DNA of 64,000 nt from Eledone cirrhosa (Eukaryota): contig OZ024744.1 in the NCBI GenBank assembly GCA_964016885.1, positions 56,172,001 to 56,236,000 on the forward strand, given 5' to 3'. This document shows, in pieces, positions 1 through 12,980 of this stretch. Position numbers and translations under genes: made by a program. The notes beneath the pieces were generated by a model. The model searched no databases. It was not told the DNA's origin and saw only the letters and a list, made by a program, of their open reading frames with translations. The first letter of the stretch is position 1, and each line of letters opens with the position of its first letter.

Positions 1-137
1 TTTTTTTTTCCGATGTCTTCGCTAGGGCTCAATGTAAAAGTATAGCAATTTCGGTGCAATTCCGTGAGAGATTCTAAGAGGAGATGTGTGCCAAAAATCG
101 ATAGACAGACAGACAACCACAGTTTTATATATATAGA
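1..137 (-). mobile_element. 5' end of a non-autonomous Helitron-like element, running off the left edge
   Basis: Minus strand begins TCTATATATATAAAACTGTGGTTGTCTGTCTGTC, the same 5'-TC head plus (CTGT)n seen at 682, 1803 and 4456. Confidence 0.6.
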
Positions 138-424
138 TAACCAGCAATTTCTCTGTCTGTCTGTCCGGCAGTGGAAACACGTGCGCGTGTGCGAATGTTT
201 TTTGCGCACGCGTAAAGAGAGAGAGTGAGAGTGAAAAAAAGAGACAGACTACGAGAGGGGGATAGCGGGAGGGAGAGGGGGGGAGAGAGAGAGAGTGAAT
301 AGACGCTAAAACACGTGCTCGCGTGCGAATGTTTTTTGCGCACGCGTAGAGAGTGAGAGTGAAAGAAAGAGACAGACTACAAGAGGGGGATAGCGGGAGG
401 GAGAGAGGGGGCAATTGAGGAGTG

Positions 425-650
425 CTACAGAAACATATATACATTTCTGTGTGTGTGTAATATATATATACACACACAGAAATATATATATATACACACA
501 GAAATATATATACATTTCTGTGTGTGTAATATATATATATATATATACACACAGAAATATATATACATTTCTGTGTGTGTAATATATATATATATATACA
601 CACACACAGAAATATATATACATTTCTGTGTGTATAATATATATATATAC
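425..650. repeat. Minisatellite of self-complementary units ACACAGAAAT(AT)nACATTTCTGTGT
   Basis: About four ~60-bp units, each an inverted repeat around a (TA)n core. Confidence 0.8.
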
Positions 651-681
651 TAGCAGAAAACCAAAGGCGGTTTTCTGCTAG

Positions 682-1771
682 TCTATATATATAAAACTGG
701 GGTTGTCTGTCTGTCAACTAACACCTTCGGCACACATCTCCTCCTAAACCGTACGTTCAAATTTCGGTGAAATTGCTACACTTATAGATGAAGGTCCGGC
801 GGAGATATCGGTCAAAAAAATTTTCAAATCGACCCACGCCAAGGGCAAAAATCGAATTTGTAATGTATTGATTTTTCAGTTCAAATGTATAAATAGAGAT
901 GAGAGACGAGTTATTTCCCTTCTATGGCGTCATTTGCTTATCTATTTATGTTACGTATAAACGACGCGGTGGACCGAGAAGAACAACTTCATGCAAAGAC
1001 AAGACCAAGTTTATGGTATAAATGGAGTCGTTAGACTAATATTCTATTTAAAATAACCGAATGATTTCCAGCCCCGGAGTTTAAGAATGATGTAAATAAA
1101 ATTGTAAACGAAAATGACAAGTTATTAAAATAGTTGTTTCTACTTTTGGCACAAGGCCAGCAATTAACCAGTACATTACTGGTACTTTATTTTATGGACC
1201 CCAAATGGATGAAAGGCAAAGTTAACCTCGACGGGATTTTAACTTTGCCTTAAAATAGTAAAAGTAAATAGTGAAGATTTAGGCCAGTACATACGTATGC
1301 GCCGACGGACATACGCATACATACGTGTGTGTGTGTGTATAAACCTTATGCATTTCTACAGTATTTTCGCCAAACTTAAGACACAGGTTACTTATGTACT
1401 CCGGATGGTCATGGGCACTTTCATTTTTCCAGATATTGATTATAGGGCCTCCAGGTAGATAACCCCCGTTAACCACTTCCTTGGAGTCAACTGAAGCACT
1501 GCAGTGCAATGCAAAAAAACGTCATAACTTCTGGAGTTCGCAACCGATTTTCACAAAACTTGACACATGGGCTACGTTTGTTCTACAGATGAATGTGAAC
1601 TCTCAGAATTGGCACATATTGAGTAGAGGACCCCTGGGGGCAGGAACCCCCTTTTGGAAAAAGCCGATGATTTTGTAAAAGTATAGTTTTCCAAGCAGCA
1701 CTGAAGTATAAACATAAATGGTATACATAACTGGTATTTAATACCTGAGCAACGCCGGGTACCTCTGCTAG
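682..1771 (+). mobile_element. Non-autonomous Helitron-like element, possibly composite, with a SINE inside
   Basis: 5' TC-TATATATATAAAAC..(CTGT)n head; 3' GC-rich hairpin GAGCAACGCCGGG followed by CTAG|T at 1768-1772. Confidence 0.65.
1130..1250 (-). mobile_element. Meta-domain type SINE fragment
   Basis: Reverse complement reads GAGGTTAACTTTGCCTTTCATCC..GGGGTCCATAAAATAAAGTACCAGT; same family at 53740, 18840, 60590 and 62420. Confidence 0.65.
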
Positions 1772-1802
1772 TTACTATATAAATATATCAATAAAACCCT
1801 AG

Positions 1803-2429
1803 TCTATATATATAAAACTGAGGATGTCTGTGAGTTTGAATCCCTAAAACTCGAGAAGTACCCAACCGATTTTTTTCAAACTTTACATGTGTATTACTCA
1901 TGTTTCAGGGAGTGTTATGCACATAAAATTCAACTTTTTGATCTCCTAGGGCCTGCATTAGGTGAAAAACTGCATTTTTTCAGCTTTTTAGGGGTTCTTT
2001 GAGGCGTTACATCAGACCGATTTCCTTGAAATTGTAACTATGTATTAGTCAGTCTCTTCTTCATAACGTGAACAAAGAAAATCCAACGTTTTTTATGGCC
2101 TAGGGCCGGCATTAGGTGAAAAACTTCAGTTTTTCAGTTTTTTAGGGCTTTTTTAAGCCGTTACGTCTAGCTGATTTTCCCGAAATTTCAAGGCATATTA
2201 TGTACATAAAAAAAAATTCATTTTCTTGATCCCCTAGGGCCCGCATTAGGTGAAAATTTGCATTTTTCCTGCTTCATCGAGGAAAATCTTAAAGATTATC
2301 CAGCCATCAGAGTATTCGGTTTATTTTCTTTTCATATTGTCCAGTCATGCAGTTTTTCCACGATTAGGTCTGTTGGCGGCTTGTGTTCCAAAATACCTTA
2401 TCCCGTGCAACGCCGGGTACCACTGCTAG
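1803..2429 (+). mobile_element. Non-autonomous Helitron-like element with three internal ~135-155 bp repeats
   Basis: 5' TCTATATATATAAAACTGAGGATGTCTG; 3' CCCGTGCAACGCCGGG hairpin plus CTAG|T; CCTAGGGCC.GCATTAGGTGAAAA recurs at ~1945, ~2099 and ~2233. Confidence 0.75.
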
Positions 2430-2689
2430 TTCAATATAAAAGTTACAAATAAAGTTATGTATCTGCTATGTTGAAGCGAAAAACCAAATTCTAATCTTTG
2501 GTTATCTTTTTTCACCAAGTTGCCAGACTAATAACTTGTTATACGTTGTGTTGTCGGTCATTTCCGATGAGGAATTCTCCAGTTGATTCAATCAATGTAA
2601 CTGCCTGCTCATGAAATTAATATGTATGTGGCTGAGAATTTCACAAACACATGCATCCTTAACATTGTTCTTGTTCTCAGGGAGATTCA

Positions 2690-2870
2690 GCATAACACAA
2701 TGTGTGACAAGGCTGGCCTCATAAATGTCAGGTACAATTTTTTTTTTTTCCAACTGGGTGGACTGAAGCGATGTGGAATAAAATGTCCTGCTCAAGGACA
2801 TAATGCACTACCAAGTCTGGGTATATAACTCATGACCTTATAATCATGAGCCTTGTACCTTAACTGCTAT
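2690..2870 (-). mobile_element. CORE-like SINE fragment
   Basis: Reverse complement contains GTCCTTGAGCAGGACATTTTATTCCACATCGCTTCAGTCCACCCAG, similar to the 8392-8705 copy. Confidence 0.5.
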
Positions 2871-2889
2871 ATCATAGGCCTTCATGACT

Positions 2890-4450
2890 AGTTATGAACT
2901 TCTTATCTATATACGAAACGCTGACGGGAGCAAAACTAAACCCGGACAAGTCTGTCGGTTTGCAACTCGGTACATGGAGAGGCAAACTGATGACGTCCGA
3001 CAGCGTTGTTGGACGCTGGATGGACGGACCGGTGAAATTGCTCGGGCTCTGGTTCAGTCCAGACCTCCAGGTGGAGAAAAACTGGAACGAGGTCACGGCC
3101 AAGGTGTTTGCACTCACCCAGAAGTGGGCAGAGTGCAAACTGTCCTTGAAAGCTTGAGCGGAGGTGGCGAACACTTTCATAGCGTCCGTCATCTACTACC
3201 GCTTGACTGTCGTGCCTTGTCCCCGTGAACACCTCGCCAAGATGGAACGCATGCTCTTCCAGTTTCTGTGGAAGAAGCAGGCTCCGCTGGTGAGGAGATC
3301 CGTCTGCTGTCAGCACCCTTCCAACAGAGGGCTGCGAATGCCGTGGCTAATGATGCGCAAACATGCGCTGAGGCTGCGGCATCTCCAGGTATTCCTCACC
3401 GACCCCCAACCGATGTGGGCACTGTTTGTGAGACAGGCTTTCCCGCAGCTCGTCTCGCTGACGGAGCTGCAGTCCTAGGTCAAGAAAAGACCGAAAACGA
3501 TGGGCGCCTGGTACATTGAATGCGCTCAGGCGCTCACAGTCCTCTGGCAAGCGGGCGCAGAAATCAGTGGAGACTCGACTTCGACATTCTATAGAGGGAT
3601 TGTACGTTACAAAGGCGACAACATGCTCGGAGAGACTCTGGGCGTCGAAGACGATGAGCTCACCAGTCTGTTTGGTAGGACTTTCCGCCCGGGACCTGTG
3701 GACAACTTCCAGAGGTCCCTGACCTGGCAGTGCTACCGAGGAACTCTACCGGTTTGTGACAAGATCTACAGGCACGGACGCCCCGGCAGGGAATTTTCCA
3801 AGAGCACGTGTCCAAGATGCGCGCAGGACATTGAAACCTTCCTGCAATTGTACACTGCCCGGGCGTAACCGACCTGTGGAACTATGCAGAACAACTGCTG
3901 TTGCGTATGGGACAAATCCAGTTGACTGCCGAGTCCATAGTAAGGATCAAACTGCCAGCCTCTTTCAAAAACGAAAGAGAGGCGGTTTTCTATACAGTGG
4001 CTATGGTCAAAGAAGTTATATGGTGGATGAGATTGAGAGGACTGAGTACAGATGCCTTTCTCTCTGGACAACAATTGATTCCCTTCTTTAAGTATCACTT
4101 TAGAAGGAGAATCAGAGTGGAGAGAGAGGTACTGCACCCCAGTAACTTTACTGAAAGGTAGGTGAATATGGCAAAAATGGCCCGAGAGATTGGGCCTTCT
4201 CTGTATATAAACCTGTAGGTTGAAGAAGAGAGCAAAGGGAAGAAAGGAGTACTTGGACAACACGCTCCTGAAGTTGAGGGTTGTTCTATCGACGGGGTAT
4301 TAAACAACCCATTTGTGGCGCTTCCCCCTATTGGGGATTTCGATTGTTGTAATTGTTTGTTTTTATATTTTTTACATGACTGTATGTAAAATCCCCGGCA
4401 AGTCTTTGTATTGTCCCCTTTTCTTGTGTGCCCTTGTGGCAAATAAAGAA
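2890..4450 (+). mobile_element. 5'-truncated L1/Tx1-clade LINE (post-RT part of ORF2, zinc finger, 3' UTR), disrupted by stops and frameshifts
   Basis: Peptides GAKLNPDKS..KLLGLWF..NW..LSLKA, ANTFIASVIYY..FQFLW and TWQCYRGTLPV..CPRC..ET are typical of the L1/Tx1 ORF2 C-terminus; AATAAA at 4442. Confidence 0.85.
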
Positions 4451-4455
4451 ATATA

Positions 4456-4777
4456 TCTATATATCTAAAACAGAGAATGTCTGTCTGTCTGTTTGACTCC
4501 CTAAAACTCGAGAACCACCCAACCGATTGTTTTAAAACTTTACACGTGTAATACTTACGGTCCTGTGCGTGTTTTGAGCAAAGAATATTTCAAATTTTCA
4601 ATGCCCTAGGGACCGCATTAGGTGATTTTGCGATCTCTCTCTATAACTCTTAATCTTTCTTTTTAGATAGATACATAGATATAACGTTGCGCCCTTATAA
4701 TATCTGTCTGTATGTCTGGCTGTCTGCATTACGACATTATGATTCTGTGTGTGTGTGTATATATGTATATGTATATA

Positions 4778-4855
<78 letters not shown>

Positions 4856-5136
4856 TGTGAACGTTTTTTGAAATATTTACTTCTGCGTTCACAGATTGAT
4901 TTTTTTAGTTTCAGAAGATCCCGTTAAGGGTGAAAGCAGCGATTCTTTGCTTAAACTTTAATCTGTTATTTTAATATATATATATAATTATATATTCGTG
5001 TACATATATTTTTGCATACACAATAACAAAATATAAACAAACGTATTTATTTCACGAGGCTCGATAAGGAAAAATATATATCAAATATATAAGAACCCTA
5101 GAGCAAATCCCGAGCAACGCCGGGCCATTCTGCTAG
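4456..5136 (+). mobile_element. Non-autonomous Helitron-like element containing a (TA)n tract
   Basis: 5' TCTATATATCTAAAACAGAGAATGTCTGTCTG, similar to the 1803 copy; 3' CCCGAGCAACGCCGGG plus CTAG|T at 5133-5137. Confidence 0.7.
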
Positions 5137-5922
5137 TATAAACTAAAGAAAATAATAAAAACTGTAGTCGTACAGCATTTTCCTCATGAATCTTTCTCAG
5201 AAAGTGTCCTGCTATTTACAAATATATTTTTACACGCATGACATCATAAATTTATGATATTTTCCTTGTGACATTAAATAAACTGAGACAGAAGCATTTG
5301 TCTTCAGTAACTTTAAATAACATCAAATGTGGCTGTTATTTATTATTTTCCACCATCATGCTGTTCTCTTGATATTGTTATAACTCTAGTAATTTGATAT
5401 TTTCACTGTTCTAATTTATTCATATGTATTATTCTGTGTTAAATTTCTGATCCTATTGTGACATAGCAAAAGAAATATTTTAAACAATGCATTTAAACAA
5501 GGTTATGTTTTTAAGAAATGCCTGCTTTGTATGGCTTTTCTTAATATCACCAACGTAAAATACTTATTTTATTAGACATTCATTGAATACGTGATATTAC
5601 AAACAAAAATTCTGTTTTCCTCATCAATCTTTGCTTAGCACAATCTATCTGTGATTTTCACTACTGAAAAACTTATTTTATTCTACACTAAATGTTTATA
5701 ATGAAAAACATTACAGTAATTAAAAAAATGCAAACTGTTTCTGAAGCTTCAAGTAGTCACAGCTTCATTTTTTATTTATTCACTTTGACCCACATGGAAT
5801 AAAAATATTTCCAGCTGGCCTCCAAATATGTTTGCCAGCCCCTCCTCTATGCCATGAAAAAGAAGTTGAAAACTGGCTGTTAATTAGAACACCTTTGTGT
5901 CAATGATCTACTTCTCCTAGCC

Positions 5923-6480
5923 CAGGGGTCAGCAACCTTTGGGGTGTGTGGACGACATAGCTATGCAGTGTCTCATTGGTGGACTACATAGCTATGCAGT
6001 GCTTCATTGGTGGACCACATTGCTATGCAGTGTCTCGTTGGTGGACTACATAGCTATGCAGTGTCTCGTTGGTGGACTACATAGCTATGCAGTGTCTCGT
6101 TGGTGGACCACATTGCTATGCAGTGTCTCGTTGGTGGACCACATAGCTATGCAGTGTCTCGTTGGTGGACTACATTGCTCGGCAGTGTCTCGTTGGTGGA
6201 CCACATAGCTATGCAGTGTCTCGTTGGTGGACTACATTGCTCGGCAGTGTCTCGTTGGTGGACCACATAGCTATGCAGTGTCTCGTTGGTGGACTACATT
6301 GCTCGGCAGTGTCTCGTTGGTGGACCACATAGCTATACAGTGTCTCGTTGGTGGACCACATAGCTATACAGTGTCTCGTTGGTGGACCACATTGCTATAC
6401 ACTGTCTTGTTGGTGGACCACAGTGCTATGCAGTGTCAGTTTCGATGGTGGACCAGATTTCTATACAGTGTCTCGTCGGC
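5923..6480 (+). repeat. hAT/Charlie-like terminus followed by a 31-bp tandem repeat (GGACCACATTGCTATGCAGTGTCTCGTTGGT), about 17 units
   Basis: CAGGGGTCAGCAA at 5923, preceded by TCCTAGCC; clear 31-bp periodicity from ~5950. Confidence 0.85.
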
Positions 6481-7059
6481 AGTCACATAATCAACCCAGT
6501 ACTAGACCTCAAAAGAAGGATGAAAGGCAAAATCGACTGTGGCCAGATTTGAACTCAGAGTACAGAGATCCAGGACAAATAATTAAGGTATTCTATCTTA
6601 CACTCAAACAATTCTACCAACTCACTCCCTTTAAACTGTATAACCTTTACAAAAACTGAGGACTACGAAAAAAAGAGGTGGAGGGAATGTTGTATCAGAC
6701 AGGGAGACAGAAGAATTTCATATGTAATAGGTGTGGGGAAATAGTTAGAAGTAAGAATACACAAGACGCAAATTCTTTCAAATTCCTTGGAGGCTCATCA
6801 CTAGTAGTTCATAACTTGTTATCTAAATCAGTGTTGCTCATATAAGGAGTTTGTTGTGAAGGTTGAAAAAGAGGGTAGATAAATTGTCATATTTTTAATA
6901 AAACTAAAATGTTTTTTTTAGCCATAATTTCATTATAATATATGTTAAATGTTATGAAATTCTCGGTGGTCTTCTCAAAAATTTTAGCTATTTTTTTTCA
7001 GGGTTGGGGGCTGGTATTTTCCAGTTTGAGAACTACTGGCAATTGACATTCAAGAGTGA

Positions 7060-8120
7060 GAGAGGGCTGATGGGGGCTAAGGCAGCTAAGAGTACATTAA
7101 TGGCTTGTAATGACAGTATGAGCCATTTACAGAAAAGCAATCAGCAAAGTAAAAGTCAGGAATTTTGCATGCAGGTAGGAGTTCACTGAGACTCAGTCTT
7201 CAGTACCCTGTTATTTATTATAGTCCTCCAGGCCAGGGTAGTTTAAAACTGGCTCTCCATGGAAACTCCTGTATGAAGATGATTTAATTCTCATAGCTGA
7301 AACTCTAGAAGTGCTAGAGCATCAATTCCAGACATGGAAACAAAATTTGGAATCAAAAAGCCTTAAGGAAAACCAGTGTTAGTAAGTAGGAAGAAAGATA
7401 GGACTGATACTATCAGAGAAGTAACAGACAGAAACCTCATATAGTGTACCAAATGTAACCTATGAACACACAAAAAATGTACTGGTATTACAGGCAAACT
7501 GCTAGAAAAAGCAGACTTTGTGTAATAGGTGCAGAAAAAAAAGCAAATTCATTCATATTCTCAGAGGGCTCATTCTAAGTATGAGAGCTTCTGTTACCTA
7601 GGTGATCTAATCTGCAGTGGAGGTAAGTGTACTGAAAGTATAGTAGCTAGGATAAGAAGGGAGTACAAACAGTTCAGAGATATGTTACCATTGCTGGCAA
7701 TAAAAGGATTTTCTCTCAGAGTGAAGGACAGAATGTAAGAGGTTTGTGAGTGAACTGTGATATTGCATGGTAATGAGACTTGTACCTTCAATGCAAAAGA
7801 TCTTTGACATCTGGAAAAAAATGAAACAAGCATACTCCACTAGATGTGAAGTATACATAAATGATATCATATGGATGATTTAGTTGGAAAACTAGATATA
7901 AGAGTAAGCTGTAATATAACTAAAACAAAATATGAGCTGGTTTGGACATGTAATGCACATGGAGAATGTTAATTGTATAAAGAAGTACCGAGCCCTTAAA
8001 GTTGGTGAACTCATGAAAGTGTTAGTCAGAGGAAGATATGAGACAATCTGGTGGAAACTGAGCTTAAGAAGCTGAATCATAACAGAGATGACAAAGAACT
8101 TCAATGCTTTGTGGCATGTG
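7060..8120 (+). pseudogene. Old, degenerate RTE LINE fragment (RT to C-terminus)
   Basis: Translates to MQVGVH, LLYEDDLILIAE and SFCYLGDLICSGG..LPLLAIKGFSLRVK; homologous to the 30897-34019 ORF but with many stops. Confidence 0.85.
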
Positions 8121-8391
8121 GTGCAAGCAAGTTAGCCCTATACACTCCTGTTAATGCTCCTTCTCTTAATCTGTTATACTCATAGTACCGCTTCTATGGA
8201 ACAAAAACACCCATTTTAAAAGGTTCCTTATAAAAATTAATATCTTCTAACATAATTATTTATAAGAACGACACATACATCAAGTTACTATTTTAGTAAT
8301 GAAATAATTGATAATTTTAGAAAACCTCTCAAATTCTTCATTGGATTATTAAAATAGAGTGCGTTTTATTAGAAATACTGTGACGAAAGTG

Positions 8392-8705
8392 AAGGCGTGT
8401 GGCTTTGTTTTTAAGCTAATCAGGTCGTGAGTTCAAATCCTGGCGGCATGTTGAGTCCTTGAGTAAGACACTTTATTTCACATTGCTCCAGTTCACTCAG
8501 CTGGCAAAAATAAGTTGTACCTGTGATTTGAAGGGCTAGACTTATCGTGTTCGGTGTCATACTGAATCTCCTAGAGAACTACATTAATGGTATGCATGTC
8601 TGTGGAATGCTCAGCCACTTGCACGTTAATTTCACGAGCAGGCTGTTCCATTGATTGGATCAACTGGAACACTTGTCATCATAACCAATGGAGTGCCAGT
8701 CAGTG
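8392..8705 (+). mobile_element. tRNA-derived CORE-like SINE
   Basis: B-box-like GAGTTCAAATCC, then GTCCTTGAGTAAGACACTT; antisense relatives at 63290-63590, 2690 and ~42110. Confidence 0.7.
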
Positions 8706-9019
8706 ACTATCACGAAAGGGTTAAATGCTTACAGTACTTCACTAAATTCTGCTTGTCAAGTATATAGACATATTGTTAATACAACATACAGCTGTATTAA
8801 GACTTGAAATAATGGACACATTGTTTCATTTGTGTCATTTTAAACTTCAACAACATAACTTACTAACTCAGCTGTTTGTTTCATCTCAACAACTACTCTC
8901 ATCATAGACATTGTAACTATTCTCTCTTATGCTCTTACAGTTGTTTACTTTCTCTGTTCTTTGTTTCATTGATGGTGTCTACATCATCATCATGGTCTTC
9001 ATCAGTGTTCTGATTGTTG

Positions 9020-9025
9020 TCATCG

Positions 9026-9066
<41 letters not shown>

Positions 9067-9117
9067 CTTCTTCTTCTTCTTCTTCTTCTTCTTCTTCTTC
9101 TTCTTCTTCTTCTTCTC
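9020..9117. repeat. (GTT)n(CTT)n compound microsatellite, followed by (TG)/(GA) low complexity to ~9600
   Basis: Seen directly. Confidence 0.95.
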
Positions 9118-10174
9118 CCCCCTCCTCCTCCCCTCTTCCTCTCAGTTATATCAATGTCACAGACAATATGGGGGGTTCTATGTAAATACAGACATGTATC
9201 TGTATGTGATGAGAGTATGTATCTGTATGTGATGATATAAACAGATATACACATATGTATGCATGAGCATATGTGCACATGCGTGTGTTTGAGTGTATGT
9301 ACATGGATGCATCTATGAGTGTATGTGCACTTGTGTGTGTAAGTGTATGTGTTTGTGAGACTATGCCACATGTGTGCGCGTGTTTGTGAGTGTATGAACA
9401 CACATGTGTGTGTGTGTGTATGCGAGAGAGAGAGGGAGAGAAAGAGATAGGGAGAGAGAGGCAGTGGGGGGAGAGAGTGTTGTGTGAGAGAGAGAGAGTG
9501 TGTGCTCATGTGTGTGTGTGTGAGAGAGAGAGAGTGTGTGTATGTACACATGTGTGTATGTACATATGTGTGTGTGTGTCTTGGAAAGGAATATGTGCAA
9601 ATATATTTGTGGAGTTAAGAAGTTTGTGTCACAAATACATTTGTCCAAATTTTATGTCACTACACACTTGTGGCAAACATAATTTTACTATAGCCACACT
9701 TTGAAAAATTACCTCTAATATAACCATAGTTTGACCAATTACCTCTACTAGAGCCACAGTTTGACCAAATATTTCTACTATAGCATGTAATTGGTCAAAC
9801 TGTGGCTATAGTAGAAGTAATTGGTCAAAGTGTGGCTATAGTAGAAGTAATTGGTCAAAGTGTGGCTATAGTAGACGTAATCAGTCAAACTGTAGCTATA
9901 ATAGAGGTAATGGATCAAACTGTAGCTATAGTAGAGGTAATTGGTCAAACTGTGGCTATAGTAGAAGTAATTGGTCAAACTGTGCTATAGTAGAGGTAAT
10001 TGGTCAAACTGTGGCTATAGTAGAAGTAATTGGTCAAACTGTGGCTATAGTAGAGGTAATTGGTCAAACTGTGGCTATAGTAGAAGTAATTGGTCAAACT
10101 GTGGCTATAGTAGAGGTAATTGGTCAAGGTATGGTTATAGTAGAGGTAATTGGTCTAACTCTGGCTATATATAT

Positions 10175-10435
10175 TTTTTATTTATTCACTTTGAACCACA
10201 TGGAATAAAAATATTTCCAGCTGGCCTCCAAATATGTTTGCCAGCCCTTGCTCTATGCCATGAAAAAGAAGTTAACTGGCTGTTAATTGGAACACCTTTG
10301 TGTCAATGATCTAGTTCTCCTAGGCCAGGGGTCAGCAAACTTTGGGGGTGGGGGGTGTAGACCATATATCTATGCAGTGTCTCGTTGGAGGACCACATTG
10401 CTATGCAGTGTCTTGTTGGTGGACCACATTGCTAA
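10175..10435 (+). repeat. Copy 2 of the ~175-bp cassette plus hAT-like end and short 31-mer block
   Basis: Near-identical to 5768-5990 (TTTATTCACTTTGA.CCACATGGAATAAAAATATTTCCAGCTGG..CAGGGGTCAGCAA). Confidence 0.9.
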
Positions 10436-11542
10436 TCAGCCACAGTTGACCAATTGCTTCTACTATAGCCACAGTTTGATCAATTACCTCTACTATAGCC
10501 ACAGTTCGACCAATTACTTCTACTATAGCCACAGTTCGACCAATTACTTCTACTATAGCCATAGTATGACCAATTAGCTCTACTTTAATCATAGTTTGAC
10601 CAACTACCTCTTATATAACCATACCTTGACCAATTACCTCTACTATAGCCACAGTTTGACCAATTACTTCTACTATCGCCTCAGTTTGACCAACTACCTC
10701 TACTATAGCCACAGTTTGACAAATTCTACTATAGCCACATGTTGACCAACTACCTCTACTATAGCCACAGTTTGACCAATTACCTCTACTATAACCACAG
10801 TTTGACCAATTACCTCTTATATAGCCACAGTTTGACCAATTACTTCTACTATAGCCATAGTTTGACAAATAACTTCTACTATAGCCATAGTTTGACCAAT
10901 TACCTCTACTACAACCACAGTTTGACCAACTACCTCTACTATAGTCACGGTTTGACTAATTAGCTCTCTATAGTCACTGTTTGACCAATTACTTCTACTA
11001 TAGCCACAGTTTGACCAATTACCTCTACTGTAGCTACAGTTTGACCAATTGCCTCTACTATAGACACAGTTTGACCAATTACTTCTACTACAGCCACAGT
11101 TTGACCAATTAGCTCTACTATAGCCACAGTTAGACCAATTAGCTCTACTATAGCCACTGTTTGACCAATTACTTCTACTACAGCCACAGTTTGACCAATT
11201 AGCTCTACTATAGCCACAGTTAGACCAATTAGCTCTACTATAGCCACTGTTTGACCAATTACTTCTACTAAAGCCATAGTTCGACCAATTACCTCTAATA
11301 TATCTACAGTTTCACCAATTACTTCTACTATAGCCACTGTTTGACCAATTACTTCTACTATAGCCACTATTTGACCAATTATTTCTGCGATAGCCGTAAT
11401 TGGTCAAACTGTGGCTATAGAAAACGTAATCGGTCAAACTGTTGCTACAGTAGGGGTAATTGGTCAAACTGTGGCTATAGTAGAGGTAATTGGTCAAGGT
11501 ATGGTTATAGTAGAGGTAATTGGTCTAACTCTGGCTATATAC

Positions 11543-12980
11543 ATTTTTTATTTATTCACTTTAACCCACATGGAATAAAAAATATTTCCAGCTGGCTTCC
11601 AAATATGTTTGCCAGCCCTTGCTCTATGCCATGAAAAAGAAGTTGTTAACTGGCTGTTAATTGGAACACCTTTGTGTCAATGATCTAGTTCTCCTAGCCA
11701 GGGGTCAGCAAACTTTGGGGTGTGTGGACCACATATCTATGCAGTGTCTCGTTGGTGGACCACATTGCTATGAAGTGTCTCGTTGGTGGACCACATTGCT
11801 ATGCAGTGTCTCGTTGGTGGACTACATTGTTATGCAGTGTCTTGTTGGTGGTCCACATTGCTATGCAGTAACTTGTTGGTGGACCACATATCTATGCAGT
11901 GTCTCGTTGGTGGTCCACATTGCTCAGCAGTGTCTTGTTGGTGGACTACATTTCTATTTAGTGTCTTGTTGGTGGACCACATTGCTATGAAGTGTCTCGT
12001 TTGTGGACCACATTGCCATGCAGTGTCTCGTTGGTGGACAACATTGCTCGGCAGTGTCTTGTTGGTGGACCACATTGCTATGAAGTGTCTCGTTGGTGGA
12101 CTACATTTATATTTAGTGTCTTGTTGGTGGACCACATTGCTATGAAGTGTCTTGTTGGTGGACTACATTTCTATTTAGTGTCTAGTTAGTGGACCACATA
12201 GCTATGCAGTGTCTCGTTGGTGGACCACATAACTATGCAGTGTCTCGTTGGTGGACCACATAGCTATGCAGTGTCTCGTTGGTGGACCACATTGCTATGC
12301 ACTGTCTCGTTGGTGGACTACATTTCTATTCAGTGTCTTGTTGGTGGACCACATTGCTATGCAGTGTCTCGTTGGTGGTCCACATTGCTATGCAGTGTCT
12401 CGTTGGTGGTCCACATTGCTATGCAGTGTCTCGTTGGTGGTCCACATTGCTATGCAGTGTCACGTTGGTGGACCACATTGCTATGCAGTGTCTCGTTGGT
12501 GGTCCACATTGCTATGCAGTGTCTCGTTGGTGCTCCACATTGCTATGCAGTGTCTTGTTAGTGGACCACATTGCTATGCAGTGTCTCGTTGGTGGTCCAC
12601 ATTGCTATGCAGTGTCTCGTTGGTGCTCCACATTGCTATGCTGTGTCACGTTGGTGGACCACGTTGCTATGCAGTGTCTCGTTGGTGGACCACATTGCTA
12701 TGCAGTGTCTCGTTGGTGGACCACATTTCTATACAGTGTCTCGTTGGTGGACCACATTGTTATGAAGTGTCTTGTTGGTGGACCACATTGCTATGCAGTG
12801 TCTCGTTGGTGGACCACATTGCTATGCAGTGTCTTGTTAGTGGACCACATTTCTATTCAGTGTCTCGTTGGTGGACCACATTTCTATTTAGTGTCTAGTT
12901 AGTGGACCACATTGCCATGCAGTGTCTCGTTGGTGGACCACATTGTTATGCAGTGTCTCGTTGGTGGACCACGTTGCTAA
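11543..12980 (+). repeat. Copy 3 of the cassette followed by about 40 units of the 31-bp repeat
   Basis: Cassette at 11543-11720, 31-bp periodicity at 11720-12980. Confidence 0.93.

Noticed and set aside
4905-4955. Hammerhead-like CAGAAGATCCCGTTAAGGGTGAAAGC (antisense copy at ~51535-51572)
   Set aside because: Core deviates from CUGANGA in both copies and stems I and III do not close convincingly
8392-8460. tRNA-like B-box
   Set aside because: SINE head; no cloverleaf, so not a tRNA gene
12217-12902. Cys/Trp-rich ORFs in three frames
   Set aside because: A 31-bp period cycles the same peptide through all frames; satellite artefact
11720-12980. 31-bp repeats resembling a CRISPR array
   Set aside because: Units are contiguous with no unique spacers, there are no cas genes, and the context is eukaryotic
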